A stretch of 64,000 bases of DNA from Opitutaceae bacterium (GTDB taxonomy: Bacteria > Verrucomicrobiota > Verrucomicrobiia > Opitutales > Opitutaceae), in NCBI GenBank assembly GCA_035485575.1, contig DATHNW010000008.1:18894-82893 (forward strand). Direction: 5' to 3'. The position numbers were made by a program, and so were the translations under genes. Under the pieces are notes generated by a model. It ran no database searches, was not told where the DNA came from, and saw only the letters and a list, made by a program, of their open reading frames with translations. Of this stretch, positions 21,088-30,966 are shown piece after piece. The first letter of the stretch is position 1. Every line of letters starts with the position of its first letter.

Positions 21088-23238
21088 TTACTGCATGCCG
21101 CCATTCCACTCCGGCCGGTCGGGCATGGGCGGCACGACGGTCGGCGGCTGGCCCTTTGGCGTGAAGGTCGTCACGAAGGTCTCCTTGGTCCCGGTCGTTT
21201 CGAGGTAGAAGCTTTCGCGGCGGGCGGGAGCGATGTCGGGCGTGGAGGCGTGCCAGAGCTTGAATTCCCCCGGCAGCTCCAGGGTCACATGCATCACCAC
21301 GGTGCCGTAATCGACGTCAAACTCGGCCCGGTCATGGAAAGAGGCGCCGGTCACGTCCTGCCAGTAGCTGAAGGGCTCGGAGCGGCCGTCGGCGAAATGC
21401 GGATCGGGATGAAAGGAATCCGGCAGCTTCACCTTGCCCTGCAGATGGAGGGCCAGGCCCAGCTTGTGGTCGCCGCCGGTCGTTTCGATGAAGGTCGTGT
21501 CCACCAGTTGGTTTCCCTTGATTTCGAGGGTGCGCTTGGCGCTGGCTTCCGGCCGGTATTGCGGCTGGGCGGCGCTGACCCGCGCGGGATTTTCCGAATA
21601 TTCCAGCAGCTGGCCCCGCATCGGCCAGTCGGGGTTGATGATCTCGATGATCCATTCCCGGCGTTCTCCGAAAGGCCCGAGATATTCACCTTCTCCATCC
21701 ACCAGGGGATCGTTCTCGGACAGCCCGCGCGTGTGGTAGCCCAGATGCAGGGGCGAGCCGTAGCCGGTCGTGCCCGGATCGTGGGTGATGTCGGCCGTAC
21801 CATAAAACGCCGCATAGTTCAGCGCTTCGGATTCGGTGTGGGAGCGGGTGATCTGGCCATAATGGAAGAAGACCTGCCAGCCGTTTGCCTTGAGGATGGC
21901 CATGCGGGTGGCCTCAAGATTGTGGCTGGTCACTTCGGGGAGGGGCCCTGGTTTGGCCGCGGAAATCGGCGGATCGAGGAGAAGATCCCAGCCATTGCCT
22001 CGACGGGGAACGGTCTCATTTCCACCGGTGGCATCGGAAGGAATGGGCGTATCTTCACCGCGCCGGCCGCGACCGGTGAGCGTGGCCAGTCCGAGCGTTG
22101 TCGGGAGGACACGGTAAACGGCCGCCAGGCTGCGGCGGTTGGGCGCCCGGCCGATTCCACCACTATCGGCTGGATTGGGCAGCTGTCCGTTGGGAAAACG
22201 GTAGTAGATCGGAGCGAGCAGAAGATCCTCGGTCTCGGCCATCTCATGGGCGAATTCACCTTCGCGGCCGTAAACGGCGGCTTCGGTGTAGAGCGAAGTG
22301 AGGGCCTGCGCCACGCCGCCGGCGTAGCCGAACGATTGCTCGACCCAGAGATAATCGGCGGTGATGCCCTGGGCCACCTGCTGGCGGATGCCATGCGGCC
22401 CATCCACCGCATCGCGCCACATGGCTTCGTCGCCGAAGAGCAGGGCGACCTGGGCCACGGCGCTGCGATGCCAGCAGGCGATATTATGGATATTCTGGTA
22501 GGTGCCGTTCAGCACGGCCACCTCGGGCAGGAAAAAATCCTTGTGCCAATGCTCCTTGCGTTCCGGAGTCACGAAGTCCCCGAGATGGCGCACCACGTGG
22601 GCATAGGTGATGAGATTGGTGGCCTCGGTCAGCGTCTGCCAGTACAGCCGCGCTCCGCCGCGCTCGGGTTTCCATTTGAGATAATTATCGGTGTAAAAAT
22701 CGAGCTGCCCGGCCGCCCATTCAGCATAGGATTTCTCGCCGATCAGGCGGTACAGCCGCGCGGCGCGTTCCATCATCGTTGCGTTTCTTTCCCGGAACAG
22801 CCGCACCCAGGCGGCGAAGAGCTTGGGTGTGATCGCGACATGCGGATCCGAAGGACTGGAAAAATGGTCCGTCTGCTCGCCGGGAATCGCATCGGTCCAC
22901 ATCAGGTGCGAGCCATCCTTGGGACTGACAAAGTCGTGGGACCAGCCGGCGGCCCACTCGACGCGGTCATGGTGATTTGCGATCCAGGCATCGACTTCGG
23001 CGCGTTCCCTTTTGAGCCAGGCGGCCCAGGCGGGATCGGATGCCACGCGCTTGCGGGCGCCATCCCAGTCTTCCTGCGCGATGCGCCAGGGCCGGCCCTG
23101 GGCGTCGTAGATTTTCAGGTCTGGAAAGATTTTTTCGGGCGAGGAATCGGATTTTGCCGGCGAGGAGTCGGAAGAAGCGGCCAGGGCCGTCTGAAAAACA
23201 GCGCAGAGCGCTGCGAGGGCAAGAAGATGGCGGGGCAT
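21088..23238 (-). CDS. secreted alginate-lyase/heparinase II/III-like protein
   Basis: About 716 aa from MPRHLLALAALCAV (signal peptide). Central alpha/alpha-toroid-like region. The C-terminal FFHYGQ....H.H.D.L...PG pattern resembles the Hepar_II_III domain. Family assignment is by eye only. Confidence 0.55.
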   Translation of the reverse strand: MPRHLLALAALCAVFQTALAASSDSSPAKSDSSPEKIFPDLKIYDAQGRPWRIAQEDWDGARKRVASDPAWAAWLKRERAEVDAWIANHHDRVEWAAGWSHDFVSPKDGSHLMWTDAIPGEQTDHFSSPSDPHVAITPKLFAAWVRLFRERNATMMERAARLYRLIGEKSYAEWAAGQLDFYTDNYLKWKPERGGARLYWQTLTEATNLITYAHVVRHLGDFVTPERKEHWHKDFFLPEVAVLNGTYQNIHNIACWHRSAVAQVALLFGDEAMWRDAVDGPHGIRQQVAQGITADYLWVEQSFGYAGGVAQALTSLYTEAAVYGREGEFAHEMAETEDLLLAPIYYRFPNGQLPNPADSGGIGRAPNRRSLAAVYRVLPTTLGLATLTGRGRRGEDTPIPSDATGGNETVPRRGNGWDLLLDPPISAAKPGPLPEVTSHNLEATRMAILKANGWQVFFHYGQITRSHTESEALNYAAFYGTADITHDPGTTGYGSPLHLGYHTRGLSENDPLVDGEGEYLGPFGERREWIIEIINPDWPMRGQLLEYSENPARVSAAQPQYRPEASAKRTLEIKGNQLVDTTFIETTGGDHKLGLALHLQGKVKLPDSFHPDPHFADGRSEPFSYWQDVTGASFHDRAEFDVDYGTVVMHVTLELPGEFKLWHASTPDIAPARRESFYLETTGTKETFVTTFTPKGQPPTVVPPMPDRPEWNGGMQ

Positions 23239-23261
23239 GGGGTGGGAGTATGAAAGAGAAA

Positions 23262-23299
23262 GACGCAAACAAAAGGGCGGCCGTTGCGGAGCCGCCCTG
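23262..23299 (-). terminator. Rho-independent terminator downstream of the E2 gene
   Basis: On the minus strand: GGGCGGC-9 nt loop-GCCGCCC (23275-23297), followed by TTTTGTTTG. Confidence 0.7.
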
Positions 23300-23334
23300 A
23301 GAAATAACGATCCGGAGTGCTTTCGCTTGAAAAA

Positions 23335-24606
23335 TCAGAGAAGCAGCAGCGTGGGCTTCTCGAGCAGTTCGCGCAGGGCGGTGAGGAACTGCGCGCCGGT
23401 GGCGCCATCCACGACGCGATGGTCGCAGGAGAGCGTGAGCGACATGCGCTGGCCGGGGACGATGGCACCGTCCTTCATGACGGGCTTTGCCACGGTCGTG
23501 CCGACGGCGAGGATGGCGGCGTTGGGCGGGTTGATGATGGCGCTGAAACGGTCGATGCCCATCATCCCGAGGTTGGACACGCAGAACGTGCCGCCGGTGA
23601 ACTGGTCGGGCTTGAGTTTCTTCTCCTTGGCGAGCTTGGCCAGCTGCTTGGCCTCGGCGTTGATGGCGAGAATGGTTTTCGTGTGCGTATCGCGGATGAC
23701 CGGTGTGATCAGCCCATCCTCGATGGCCACGGCGAAGGAGACATGGGCGGCGCTGTGATGGCGGATGGCGGGCTGCGGGCCGCCTTCCCACGAACAATTC
23801 ACCGCAGGCACGCGGCAGAGGGCCTCGGCCGAGGCCTTGAGGATGAAATCGTTGACGGAGAGCTTGACGCCGTCCTTTTCCAGCGAGGCGTTGAGCCGCG
23901 CACGGAGATCGAGCAGCGGGCCGGCGTCCACTTCGACTTCGAGATAGAAGTGGGGAATCTGCGTCTTCGACTCGACCAGGCGCTTGGCGATCACACCGCG
24001 CATGGTGGAAACCGGGACGAGCTGGTCATCCTGGACGGGACCGCTGTGCAGCTGGCCGGCCGGCGATTTTTCCGCCTCGAGGATATCGGCGCGGACGATG
24101 CGGCCGCCGGGACCGCTGCCGGCGACGCGTGCCGGGTCAATGCCCTTTTCTGCGGCCGTTTTTTTGGCCAGCGGGGAAATCTTAACCCGGCCGGTGAGCG
24201 TGGCGAGGCTGGGCGTGGGCGAGGAAGGAGCGGATGGGGCGGCGACCGGTGCCGGCTTTTTCTCCGGGGCGGCGGTAGGCGTCGCGGCGGGGGGAGGGGC
24301 GGCTGGCTCGGATTTTTTCGCCGTAGCCGGCGGCGGAGTTTTCCCGGCGGGCGCCTCGACGGTCTCGCCGGCCTTGCCGATGGCGGCAAGCGGGGCGCCA
24401 ATCTCGATTTGCGAACCGGCGGGCGCAAAAATCTTCAGCAGCGTGCCGTCGAAAAACGACTCGAGCTCCATCGTGGCCTTGTCCGTTTCGACTTCGGCGA
24501 GCATGTCGCCGTTTTTTACGGCGTCGCCTTCTTTTTTGAGCCATTTGACCAGCGTGCCCACCGTCATGGTGTCGCTGAGTTTGGGCATCTCGATGATTTG
24601 GGCCAT
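23335..24606 (-). CDS. pdhC: dihydrolipoamide acetyltransferase (E2) of a 2-oxoacid (pyruvate) dehydrogenase complex
   Basis: Lipoyl domain (EVETDKATME), a P/A-rich linker, a subunit-binding domain (SPLAKK.A.E.GID) and the catalytic DHRVVDG. Confidence 0.92.
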   Translation of the reverse strand: MAQIIEMPKLSDTMTVGTLVKWLKKEGDAVKNGDMLAEVETDKATMELESFFDGTLLKIFAPAGSQIEIGAPLAAIGKAGETVEAPAGKTPPPATAKKSEPAAPPPAATPTAAPEKKPAPVAAPSAPSSPTPSLATLTGRVKISPLAKKTAAEKGIDPARVAGSGPGGRIVRADILEAEKSPAGQLHSGPVQDDQLVPVSTMRGVIAKRLVESKTQIPHFYLEVEVDAGPLLDLRARLNASLEKDGVKLSVNDFILKASAEALCRVPAVNCSWEGGPQPAIRHHSAAHVSFAVAIEDGLITPVIRDTHTKTILAINAEAKQLAKLAKEKKLKPDQFTGGTFCVSNLGMMGIDRFSAIINPPNAAILAVGTTVAKPVMKDGAIVPGQRMSLTLSCDHRVVDGATGAQFLTALRELLEKPTLLLL

Positions 24607-24706
24607 GAGCAATAAATTCAGACAGGATGAACGGAATCAATAAAATGGCGCGAAGCGGCCCGGGGCCACAAAATTCCGCCCATCCGGTTGATTCCGTGGA
24701 AAGCGT

Positions 24707-25681
24707 TTAGAGCATCGCCAGCGCGGCGTTGCGGATGCGCTGGGGGTTGGGCAGTTGCTCGTCCTCGAGCACCTTGCTGTAAATTTGCGGCGCGTCGATG
24801 GCTGAAACGCGCTTGATGGGCGCGTCGAGATCGTCGAACGCCTTGTCCTGAATCAGGTAGCTGATCTGCGCACCGACGCCGCAGAAGGGCTTGTTTTCCT
24901 CGACGAGGAGCACGCGGTGGGTTTTGCGCACGGAGGCGAGGATGGTTTCCTCATCGAGCGGGCGGATGGAGCGCAGGTCGACGACTTCGACGGAGATATC
25001 GTGCTCGGCCTGCAGGAGCTCCGCGGCCTTGAGGGAGTGGATGACGGCACGGCCGTGTGCGATGATGGTGAGATCGGTGCCCGAGCGTTTCACGTCGGCT
25101 GAACCGAGCGGGATGAGGTACTCCTCGGTCGGAACCTCGCCCTCGAGGTTATAGAGAATCGTGTTCTCCATGAAAAACACGGGGTCGTTGTCGCGGATGG
25201 CGGACTTGAGCAGTCCCTTGGCGTCATAGGGCGTGGCGGGGCAGACGACCTTCACGCCCGGATGCGCGGCGCAAATGTTCTCGGGCGTGTGGCTGTGCGT
25301 CGCACCGACGTTGGTGCCGCCGTTGGCGGGGCCGCGAATGACGATGGGGACGTTGATCAGGCCGCCGGACATGTAGCGGACGTTGGCGGCGTTGTTAAGA
25401 ATCTGGTCGAAGGCGACCGCGTAAAAGCTCCAGAACATGAGCTCCATCACCGGCCGGATGCCGAGCATGGAGGCGCCGATGCCCGCGCCGATGAAGCCGG
25501 CTTCGCTGATCGGCGTGTCGATGACGCGCTTCGGCCCGAAACGGGCGAGCAGGCCCTGGGTGACCTTGTAGGCGCCGTTGAACTGGGCGACTTCCTCGCC
25601 CATGAGGACGACGTTGGGATCGCGCTCGAGTTCCTCGGCGAGGGCTTGGTTGATGGCTTCGCGGTAGATGATGACAGGCAT
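24707..25681 (-). CDS. pdhB: pyruvate dehydrogenase E1 component beta subunit
   Basis: 324 aa transketolase-like E1-beta (REA...A...E..RD..V...GE.V, DTPISE). Confidence 0.93.
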   Translation of the reverse strand: MPVIIYREAINQALAEELERDPNVVLMGEEVAQFNGAYKVTQGLLARFGPKRVIDTPISEAGFIGAGIGASMLGIRPVMELMFWSFYAVAFDQILNNAANVRYMSGGLINVPIVIRGPANGGTNVGATHSHTPENICAAHPGVKVVCPATPYDAKGLLKSAIRDNDPVFFMENTILYNLEGEVPTEEYLIPLGSADVKRSGTDLTIIAHGRAVIHSLKAAELLQAEHDISVEVVDLRSIRPLDEETILASVRKTHRVLLVEENKPFCGVGAQISYLIQDKAFDDLDAPIKRVSAIDAPQIYSKVLEDEQLPNPQRIRNAALAML

Positions 25682-25703
25682 CGGATTTAAAAGTGAAAAA
25701 CGA

Positions 25704-26159
25704 TCAATGTGCAGGCCTTAGCGCTGATGGTCGGATGGGGTTCGCTTCATTTGATATGAGGCCAAAATAGATTTTTGATTTTTGGGTCATCAGTCCCCAG
25801 GCAATCATGCCGCTTGTCACCAGCGGTACCGTCATGATTTTGGCGATCAAAAGCCAGTTGTGATGAGGCGTGTAAATCGCTGCGAAAACAGAAGCAAAAA
25901 ATATCAATCCCCCAAAAATAACACCTAGCCAGGCCAAGCCCAGTGCAAGATTTCGAATACGCTTTGATTTTTGAAGTATTCCACTGACAATGAGCACGGA
26001 AATCATGGCTGAAAGAAGGTCCACCATGATCCGGTCAGGGCGCTTCCCGATTGAAGTTAGGCGTATGATCAAAGAAAAAGCGGAGAGAGCCGCGGCCATG
26101 ATGTTCAACCATGATACGACCTTTAGCGGAAAGGGCAGGGCCTTTAATTGGGCGAGCAT
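25704..26159 (-). CDS. hypothetical 4-TM membrane protein (low-GC insert within the pdh operon)
   Basis: 151 aa with four hydrophobic helices and no recognisable family. GC is visibly much lower than the flanks. It is separated from pdhA and pdhB by only about 21-22 nt on each side. Confidence 0.55.
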   Translation of the reverse strand: MLAQLKALPFPLKVVSWLNIMAAALSAFSLIIRLTSIGKRPDRIMVDLLSAMISVLIVSGILQKSKRIRNLALGLAWLGVIFGGLIFFASVFAAIYTPHHNWLLIAKIMTVPLVTSGMIAWGLMTQKSKIYFGLISNEANPIRPSALRPAH

Positions 26160-26180
26160 GGCATCGGGTCCGCGGCGTGC

Positions 26181-27296
26181 TCAGTCGAAGAAAATGCGGC
26201 CCTGGGACTTTTTCTGGGAGGGATTGTCCTCTTCCCAGTAGACATCCTTGGTGATGTCCGCGACGGTCGGGTAGGGGCTGGCCTCGGCGAAGGCGGCGGA
26301 GGTCTCGGCCTCGTCTTTCGCCTCGTTGTCGATTTTTTCAATCACGGCGTCGTTGAGGACGCCCTCGGCGAGGAGCGTGTTTTGGAAAAGCTGGATCGGG
26401 TCCTTCGTCCGGCGGTATTCCTCGATTTCGGCGCGGTCGCGGTAGGTCGAGTCGGGATCGGAGACGGAGTGGCCGCGGTAGCGGTAGGTTTTGATTTCGA
26501 GGACGCTCGGTTTCGATTTTTCGCGGGCGAGCGCGAGGAGTTTTTCCGTGGTCTCGCGCACTTCGTAGACGTCGTGGCCGTTGCAGACGTCCCAGGCCAT
26601 GTCGTAGGCCTCGGCGCGTTTGGCGAGATCGCCGGCCGAGGAGCGCGCCTGGCTCGTGCCCATCGAATAGCCGTTGTTCTCAATGATGAAGACGACCGGC
26701 AGATTCCAGAGTGCGGCGAGATTGTAGGCCTCGTGCACGGCGCCCTGGTTGACCGCGCCGTCGCCGAGGAAGGTGAGGGCGGCGCCCTTGAGGCCCTTGT
26801 ACTTCAGCGCGAAGGCGAGGCCGGCGCCGAGCGGAACCTGTCCGCCGACGATGCCGTGGCCACCCCAATAACGGCGCGAAGGATCAAAGAAGTGCATCGA
26901 ACCGCCCTTGCCTTTTGAACAGCCGGTGGCCTTGCCGTAGAGCTCGGCCATGAGCGGGTTGAGCGGCATGCCGACGGCGATGGCGTGGCCGTGGTCGCGG
27001 TAGGCGGTGATGACGTGGTCGTTTTCCTGCATGAGCGAACAACAACCCACGGCGACGGCCTCCTGGCCGATGTAAAGGTGGAGAAACCCGCCGATCTTGC
27101 CCTGCTGGTAGCTGCGCAGGCAGCGTTCCTCGAAGCGGCGCGTGCGCACCATCGTGCGGTAGAGCTCGATTTTCTGCTCAGCCGTGAGCCGGGCGTTGAT
27201 GGGCGCCTGGGCGGACTTGCTGATGGCGCCGGCGCCATTCGGCTCGGAAGACGATGGCCCGGAGGCCGGGGACTTTTTACTGACGGGTGAAGGCAT
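26181..27296 (-). CDS. pdhA: pyruvate dehydrogenase E1 component alpha subunit
   Basis: 371 aa with the TPP-binding GDGA.NQG....NLAALW.LPV.F..ENN.Y motif. Confidence 0.93.
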   Translation of the reverse strand: MPSPVSKKSPASGPSSSEPNGAGAISKSAQAPINARLTAEQKIELYRTMVRTRRFEERCLRSYQQGKIGGFLHLYIGQEAVAVGCCSLMQENDHVITAYRDHGHAIAVGMPLNPLMAELYGKATGCSKGKGGSMHFFDPSRRYWGGHGIVGGQVPLGAGLAFALKYKGLKGAALTFLGDGAVNQGAVHEAYNLAALWNLPVVFIIENNGYSMGTSQARSSAGDLAKRAEAYDMAWDVCNGHDVYEVRETTEKLLALAREKSKPSVLEIKTYRYRGHSVSDPDSTYRDRAEIEEYRRTKDPIQLFQNTLLAEGVLNDAVIEKIDNEAKDEAETSAAFAEASPYPTVADITKDVYWEEDNPSQKKSQGRIFFD

Positions 27297-27391
27297 TGGT
27301 CGAAATTAAAGGACTAATTTTTTGGTGAAAATCCCGAAATGCAAGTGTTTCCTCACTCTCACAGCAAGACGCACGCCGGGCCGGATGGATG

Positions 27392-27892
27392 CTAGGGCGT
27401 CACCTGTTCGATTTCCACCCGCAGGGGCTGGCCCGGCGCGCAATCCGCCCGCAGCGCCACAAAGCGGTCGCGATAACGGTCATAAATCGGCCATAGCGCC
27501 GTCCGGTCGGTCTCGGGGATTGGCAGGGTATCGATGGCCGCACGGGTGAAAAACCCGAACCGGCCCTCGGCTATGTCGCTCGGCAGTGCGGGGATGGGCT
27601 TCTTGCAACGAAATAGGAAGAGCAGCCAGTGGGCCTCGCCCTCGTAGGCCTTTTCTGCGATCATAGCGAAGAGATGCAGATCGGCCAGCCCGACGGCAAA
27701 GCCTGTCTCCTCCTGCATTTCGCGCGCGGCGCACTCAAACGGCGACTCACCAATGGCGGTCTCGAGCTTGCCACCGATGGGGCTCCACACGCCGAGATTG
27801 GGCGGCTTCGCGCGCAGGAGCAGCAGGTGCTCGCCCGCGGCGTTTTCCAGGAACACGAGCACGGCGATCTTGTAGGCGAGGGGGGCGGTCAT
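27392..27892 (-). CDS. NUDIX hydrolase
   Basis: 166 aa. Nudix box GGKLE....ES..ECAAREMQEETG. Confidence 0.85.
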   Translation of the reverse strand: MTAPLAYKIAVLVFLENAAGEHLLLLRAKPPNLGVWSPIGGKLETAIGESPFECAAREMQEETGFAVGLADLHLFAMIAEKAYEGEAHWLLFLFRCKKPIPALPSDIAEGRFGFFTRAAIDTLPIPETDRTALWPIYDRYRDRFVALRADCAPGQPLRVEIEQVTP

Positions 27893-28086
27893 GGGGAGAT
27901 CATTACAAAAGAAAGAGGCTCGCGGGAAAATGGAGGAATGGAAACAAGGAACTCAGGAAAAGCGGGGAAATCACGACGGATTTTTAATGATTCCTCTTTT
28001 CCCGGATTCCATATTTTAATGAATGGGCCGACACCGGGCGATTTTGGGGTTTGCCATGTGCAGGCTCAGGCCTTGGCTCCGCATGT

Positions 28087-28968
28087 ATGGCGAAATGGCT
28101 TCTCATCGACGGCTTCAACCTCGCTTACCGCTGTTTTTTCGCGATTCCCGAGCTGACGCGCGCCGATGGTTTTCCAACGAATGCGCTGCACGGCTGGGTG
28201 AAATCGCTGTGGAAACTCGAGGATCAGGAGCGGCCCGACGGCGCGCTGGTGTTCTTCGATCTCGGCGGCGCGCAGGACCGCCTGGCCCTCCATCCCGAAT
28301 ACAAGGCCCACCGCGAAGAGATGCCCGAGGCGCTGGTGAAACAGCTGCCGTATTTGAAGCAGCTCACGCGCGCGATGGGTTTCGTCGGAATCGAGCAGGA
28401 CGGGGTCGAGAGTGACGACCTGCTGGCGGCCGAGGCCGTGGCGCTGGCCCGCGCGGGCCATGACGTGCTGATCGTGAGCTCGGACAAGGACTTTGCCCAG
28501 ATCGTGGGCGAAAAAATAAAAATCATGCTTCCCCCGCCGTCGGCCAATCCGAAGCTGGGCTGGCGCCTGATGGATGCGGCCGGTGTTACGGAAAAATTCG
28601 GCGTGCCGCCGGCGCAGATCACGGACTACCTCGCGCTGGTGGGCGACTCGTCGGACAACATTCCCGGTCTCACCGGCGTCGGCCCAAAAACCGCGGCAAA
28701 GTGGCTGCAGGAATTCGGCAGTCTGGAAGGCATCCTCGCGCACGCGGGTGAATTGAAGCCCGAGCGCTTTCGCGAGCCCGCGCGCGCAGCCGCGGAAAAC
28801 CTGCGCCGCAACTTGAAACTCACCACCCTCAACCTCGCTCTCCCGACCTTCGCGGCCCAGAAAGCCGCGCCGCAGGCCGCGGAAATCTTCCGCTTGCTGG
28901 AGGAACTCGAGATGAAGGGCAGCCTGACCGAGGCACGGTCGCGCTACACGCAGCCAGAGCTGTTTTAA
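28087..28968 (+). CDS. stand-alone 5'-3' exonuclease / flap endonuclease (Pol I N-terminal domain homologue)
   Basis: 293 aa from MAKWLLIDGFNLAYRCFFA. Contains SSDKD..Q and the H3TH motif GDSSDNIPG..G.G.KTA. Confidence 0.88.
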   Translation: MAKWLLIDGFNLAYRCFFAIPELTRADGFPTNALHGWVKSLWKLEDQERPDGALVFFDLGGAQDRLALHPEYKAHREEMPEALVKQLPYLKQLTRAMGFVGIEQDGVESDDLLAAEAVALARAGHDVLIVSSDKDFAQIVGEKIKIMLPPPSANPKLGWRLMDAAGVTEKFGVPPAQITDYLALVGDSSDNIPGLTGVGPKTAAKWLQEFGSLEGILAHAGELKPERFREPARAAAENLRRNLKLTTLNLALPTFAAQKAAPQAAEIFRLLEELEMKGSLTEARSRYTQPELF

Positions 28969-29000
28969 TCAAGCAGGAGGCGCGAAACCGGTTCGCCGGC

Positions 29001-29762
29001 TTACTTGCCCTCGGTTGAGACGCCCTGTGGATCGAAGATGTAGCCGACGCCGTGCACCGTGCGGAAGGCGCCGAGATCCAAGCCGTTATTCTTGAAGAGC
29101 TCGCGCACTTTCACAATGTACTGGTCGAGCGAGCGGCTGCGCACGTCGGCGTGGAGGCCCCAGACGGCATGGATGAGCGCCTTGCGCGTGATGACGATGC
29201 CCTGATTTTCGTTCAGATAGGCGAGGATGCCGAGCTCTTTGCGGCCGATTTTCTGGACGACGCTGTTGGGAAACGCGACCTCGAGACGGACGGGCGTGAC
29301 CTTAGCACCGCAAAAATCAAACGGCTCATCGCTGATCCTGGCGTTTTTCGTGACGTGGAAATCGCTTTTTGACTCGGCGCGGCGCAATACGGCGTTGATG
29401 CGGGCGATGAGCTCCGGGTAGCCGAAAGGCTTGGTAATGTAGTCATCCCCGCCAAGATCGAGGCCCTTGACCTTGTTCACCTCAAGGGCGTTGCCGGTCA
29501 GGAAAATCGCGGGGATGGTGATGTCGTTTTTGCGCAGGTCTTCCAGGAGGGCAAAACCTGTCTGGTCGGGCAGATTGACGTCGAGCAGGATCAGATTGGC
29601 AAAATTGCGCTTGAGAAAGCGGAAGGCATGGGCGCAGCGGTTGTAAACCTGCGTCTGCATGCCGGATTCCTCGAGATGAATGGAGATAAGCTTTGCAAGC
29701 TCCTCTTCGTCCTCGACAACGAGGATCAGCGGCTTGGGTTCAGAACGAATGGCGGCGCACAT
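29001..29762 (-). CDS. OmpR-family response regulator (receiver plus winged-helix); no cognate kinase in the window
   Basis: 253 aa. Receiver domain (LVVEDEEEL, LLDVNLPD, TKPF). The C-terminal trans_reg_C part ends in RTVHGVGY. Confidence 0.88.
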   Translation of the reverse strand: MCAAIRSEPKPLILVVEDEEELAKLISIHLEESGMQTQVYNRCAHAFRFLKRNFANLILLDVNLPDQTGFALLEDLRKNDITIPAIFLTGNALEVNKVKGLDLGGDDYITKPFGYPELIARINAVLRRAESKSDFHVTKNARISDEPFDFCGAKVTPVRLEVAFPNSVVQKIGRKELGILAYLNENQGIVITRKALIHAVWGLHADVRSRSLDQYIVKVRELFKNNGLDLGAFRTVHGVGYIFDPQGVSTEGK

Positions 29763-29946
29763 GGGGTGAATTTGGATTTATAAAAAATACGTTAGAATGC
29801 ATTTTTTACAATTTAGCCCATTTTGTCAAAAGAATCTTGAGGCCTTTCTAAAGGCTGCACCGGATGGCCTTTGGCCGCGAATTTTCTTGAAGGCGCCCTC
29901 CGGCGGCGGCTCCCTTGGCCCCGTGTCCGCACCCGCACCATTACTT

Positions 29947-30807
29947 ATGCTCGGCCTGCCCAAAGGCAGCCTCGAGGAATCGACGAAAAACCTGTTTGCC
30001 AAGGCAGGCTGGAAAATCACCACGAGCTCGCGTTCCTACAAGCCGGCCATCGACGATGCCGAGCTCGACGGCCGTTTTGTGCGCGCCCAGGAGGTCAGCC
30101 GTTATGTCGAACACGGCTTTTTCGACTGCGGCCTCACGGGTTACGACTGGATCAAGGAAAACGAGTCCGACGTCGTCGAGGTTTGCGACCTGATTTACAG
30201 CAAGGCTTCCGTGCAAAAGTCCCGGTGGGTGCTTTGCGTGCCCGAATCCTCGTCTGTCCGGCGGCCGGAGGACCTGGCCGGCAAGCGCGTGGCCACGGAG
30301 CTGGTCAACACCGTCAAGCGCTACTTTGCCGCGAAGAAAATTCCCATCGAGATCGAGTTTTCGTGGGGCGCGACCGAGGTGAAGGTGCCCGACCTTGTCG
30401 ATGCCATCGTGGACATCACCGAGACCGGCTCGTCCCTGCGCGCGAACAAGCTCCGCATCGTCGACACGCTGCTCGAGACCAATACCAAGTTCATCGCCAA
30501 CAAAAAAAGCTGGGCCAATCCCGCGAAGCGCAAAAAGATCGAGACCATCGCGCTGCTCCTGCGCGGCGCGCTCGAGGCCGAAAGCAAGGTCGGCCTCAAG
30601 ATGAATGCGCCGAAAAAATCGCTCGACGACATCATCAAGGCCGTGCCCGCGCTGCGCAACCCGACCATCTCGCCGCTCAGCAACCTCGACTGGGTCGCGC
30701 TCGAGACCATCATCGATGAAAGCGTCGCGCGCGAAATCATCCCCGAGCTCAAGCGCCTCGGCGCCGAGGGCATCGTCGAGTATCCGCTGAACAAGGTGGT
30801 CTATTAA
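29947..30807 (+). CDS. hisG: ATP phosphoribosyltransferase (long form)
   Basis: 286 aa from [12 protein letters not shown]...AG. Contains [12 protein letters not shown] and a C-terminal regulatory domain. Confidence 0.88.
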   Translation: MLGLPKGSLEESTKNLFAKAGWKITTSSRSYKPAIDDAELDGRFVRAQEVSRYVEHGFFDCGLTGYDWIKENESDVVEVCDLIYSKASVQKSRWVLCVPESSSVRRPEDLAGKRVATELVNTVKRYFAAKKIPIEIEFSWGATEVKVPDLVDAIVDITETGSSLRANKLRIVDTLLETNTKFIANKKSWANPAKRKKIETIALLLRGALEAESKVGLKMNAPKKSLDDIIKAVPALRNPTISPLSNLDWVALETIIDESVAREIIPELKRLGAEGIVEYPLNKVVY

Positions 30808-30813
30808 TGTTGG

Positions 30814-30952
30814 AAGCGCAAAGGTGCGAAGACGCAAAGCACGGACAAAATTCAAGGACCGGAAACCATAAAAACTTTTGAGCCGATCTGACTTTCCTGG
30901 CTTTCTGGCTTTAGAATTCATTCTGCTTTTCCATCTTTGCGCCTTTGCGCTT
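30814..30952. repeat. 18-nt inverted repeats built from GCGCAAAG-like octamers, enclosing a ~103-nt AT-rich spacer
   Basis: AAGCGCAAAGGTGCGAAG (30814-30831) pairs with CTTTGCGCCTTTGCGCTT (30935-30952). As RNA, 16 positions are Watson-Crick and 2 are G-U. The left arm is 3 tandem octamers and the right arm is 2 inverted octamers. Confidence 0.7.
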
Positions 30953-30966
30953 AAAATTTCCGTATC

